A stretch of DNA of 63,893 bases, the filler included, from Hyphochytrium catenoides (taxonomy: Eukaryota > Protista > Hyphochytriomycota), in NCBI GenBank assembly GCA_900088475.1. It is 12 parts of 12 records of this genome, joined end to end, with 100 filler letters (N's around TTAATTAATTAA, not from the genome) between each part and the next. Parts side by side here need not be neighbours in the genome. Positions count along the whole stretch, not along the records: positions 62,747 to 63,893 come from FLMG01004318.1; 11 more parts are not named here. The stretch is one strand, 5' to 3'. The notes under the pieces were generated by a model that saw only the letters and a program-made list of their open reading frames with translations, did not search any database and had not been told where the DNA came from. Position numbers and translations under genes: made by a program. This document shows, piece by piece, positions 62,747-63,893 of the stretch; positions within the stretch are counted from its first letter, which is position 1; every line of letters starts with the position of its first letter.

Positions 62747-63893
62747 GTAGGAGAGAAAGTAGGAGAGAGAGTGGGAGCAGGAGTAGGAGAGACAGTGGGA
62801 GAGAGAGTGGGAGCAGGAGTAGGAGAGAAAGTAGGAGAGAGAGTGGGAGCAGGAGTAGGAGAGACGGTAGAAGAGAGAGTGGGAGCAGGAGTAGGAGAGA
62901 CGGTAGAAGAGAGAGTGGGAGCAGGAGTAGGAGAGGCAGTGGGAGAGAGAGTAGGAGAGAGAGTTGGAGACGGAGTAGGAGAGGGAGTTGGAGAGAGAGT
63001 GGGAGCAGAAGTGGGAGAGAAAGTGGGCACTGGAGTAGGAGAGAGAGTTGGAGAGAGAGTTGGTGCTGCAGTGGGGGACATAGTGGGAGCTTGAGCAGGA
63101 GAGGAAGTGGGAGAGAGAGAGGTAGTGGCCTCTGCAGTGGGGAGAGACGAAGGAGAGAGAGAAGTCACTGGTTCACTGCTCACAAGCGCATCACGGGGAG
63201 CCATCACCGGCTGAGTGGTCACAGGCTGGCCGGTGGCTGCCGGAGAAGTCACTGGAGAGTCTTCACTTGTGGGCTGAGCGGTCAATGTCTCGCTGGTGCT
63301 TGGCTCCTCAGAGACTGCTGGCGCCTCAGCCACTGCTTCTGCTGTCTGAGGATCGCTCTCAACTGGCGCTGAGGTCTCAGGCTGGCTGGTGGTTGGCTGA
63401 GAGGTCACCGCAGAGCTTTCCTCTAGTGGCTGAGGGGTCAACGTCTGGCTGGTAACTGGCTCATCCACCTGGTGAGGAGCTTGGCTGGTGTTTGGCTCCT
63501 CTGTCGCTGCTGCTGGGGCCTCAGTCACTGCTTCTGCTGTCTGAGGATCGCTGGCAACTGGCTCCGAGGTCTCGGGCTGGTTGGCGATCGGCTGAGACGT
63601 CACGGAAGAGTCTCCGTCGGTTGGCTGAGTTGATGGCTCCTGGCTGGTAACTGGCTCATCCACCTGATGAGAAGCTTGGCTGGTGTTTGTTGGCTCCTCA
63701 GTGGCTGCTGCTGGGGCCTCAGTCACTGCTTCTGCTGTCTGAGAATTGCTTGCAACTGGCTCTGAGGTCTGGGGCTGGTTGGCGATCGGCTGAGAAGTCA
63801 CCGCAGAGTCTTCCTCTAGTGGCTGAGCTGATGGCTCCTGGCTGGTAACTGGCTCATCCACCTGATGAGAAGCTTGGCTGGTGTTTGTTGGCT
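62747..63893 (-). CDS. Pro/Thr/Ser-rich repetitive (mucin-like) surface protein, partial at both ends
   Basis: Open across the whole contig; about three ~63-aa repeats (VDEPVTSQEPS.QP..EDS.VTSQPIANQP.TSEPVAS..QTAEAVTEAPAAATEEP) followed by 12-aa PTPAPTLSPT(F/V)S repeats. Confidence 0.8.

Overview
Eukaryotic (protist) draft-assembly window, not prokaryotic. Twelve unrelated contigs are concatenated with artificial 100-bp N44-TTAATTAATTAA-N44 spacers, so adjacency across spacers means nothing. Host genes are intron-rich, sit in a dense (AG)n/(CT)n microsatellite matrix and use the standard code; most ORF-track entries are microsatellite noise. Manual splicing recovers: a START-domain protein, PHAX, a TPR protein, mitoribosomal bL36m, a mitochondrion-targeted protein consisting only of an SRP54/Ffh M-domain (MAP67-like), MUS81, part of flagellar DRC1, a TM-RING-H2 E3 ligase, an intronless 1227-aa ZZ-zinc-finger/PHTF-like membrane protein, a TMEM128-like gene, an intact hAT-derived BED-finger gene lacking the catalytic core, and a Pro/Thr-rich repeat protein. 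Microsatellite-poor blocks hold a copia 3' end with LTR, a RecQ-type helicase C-terminus, and decayed reading frames whose stops are strongly TAG-biased, suggesting RIP-like or non-CG-methylation-driven C-to-T hypermutation. All family calls are motif recognition from memory; no database searches were run.
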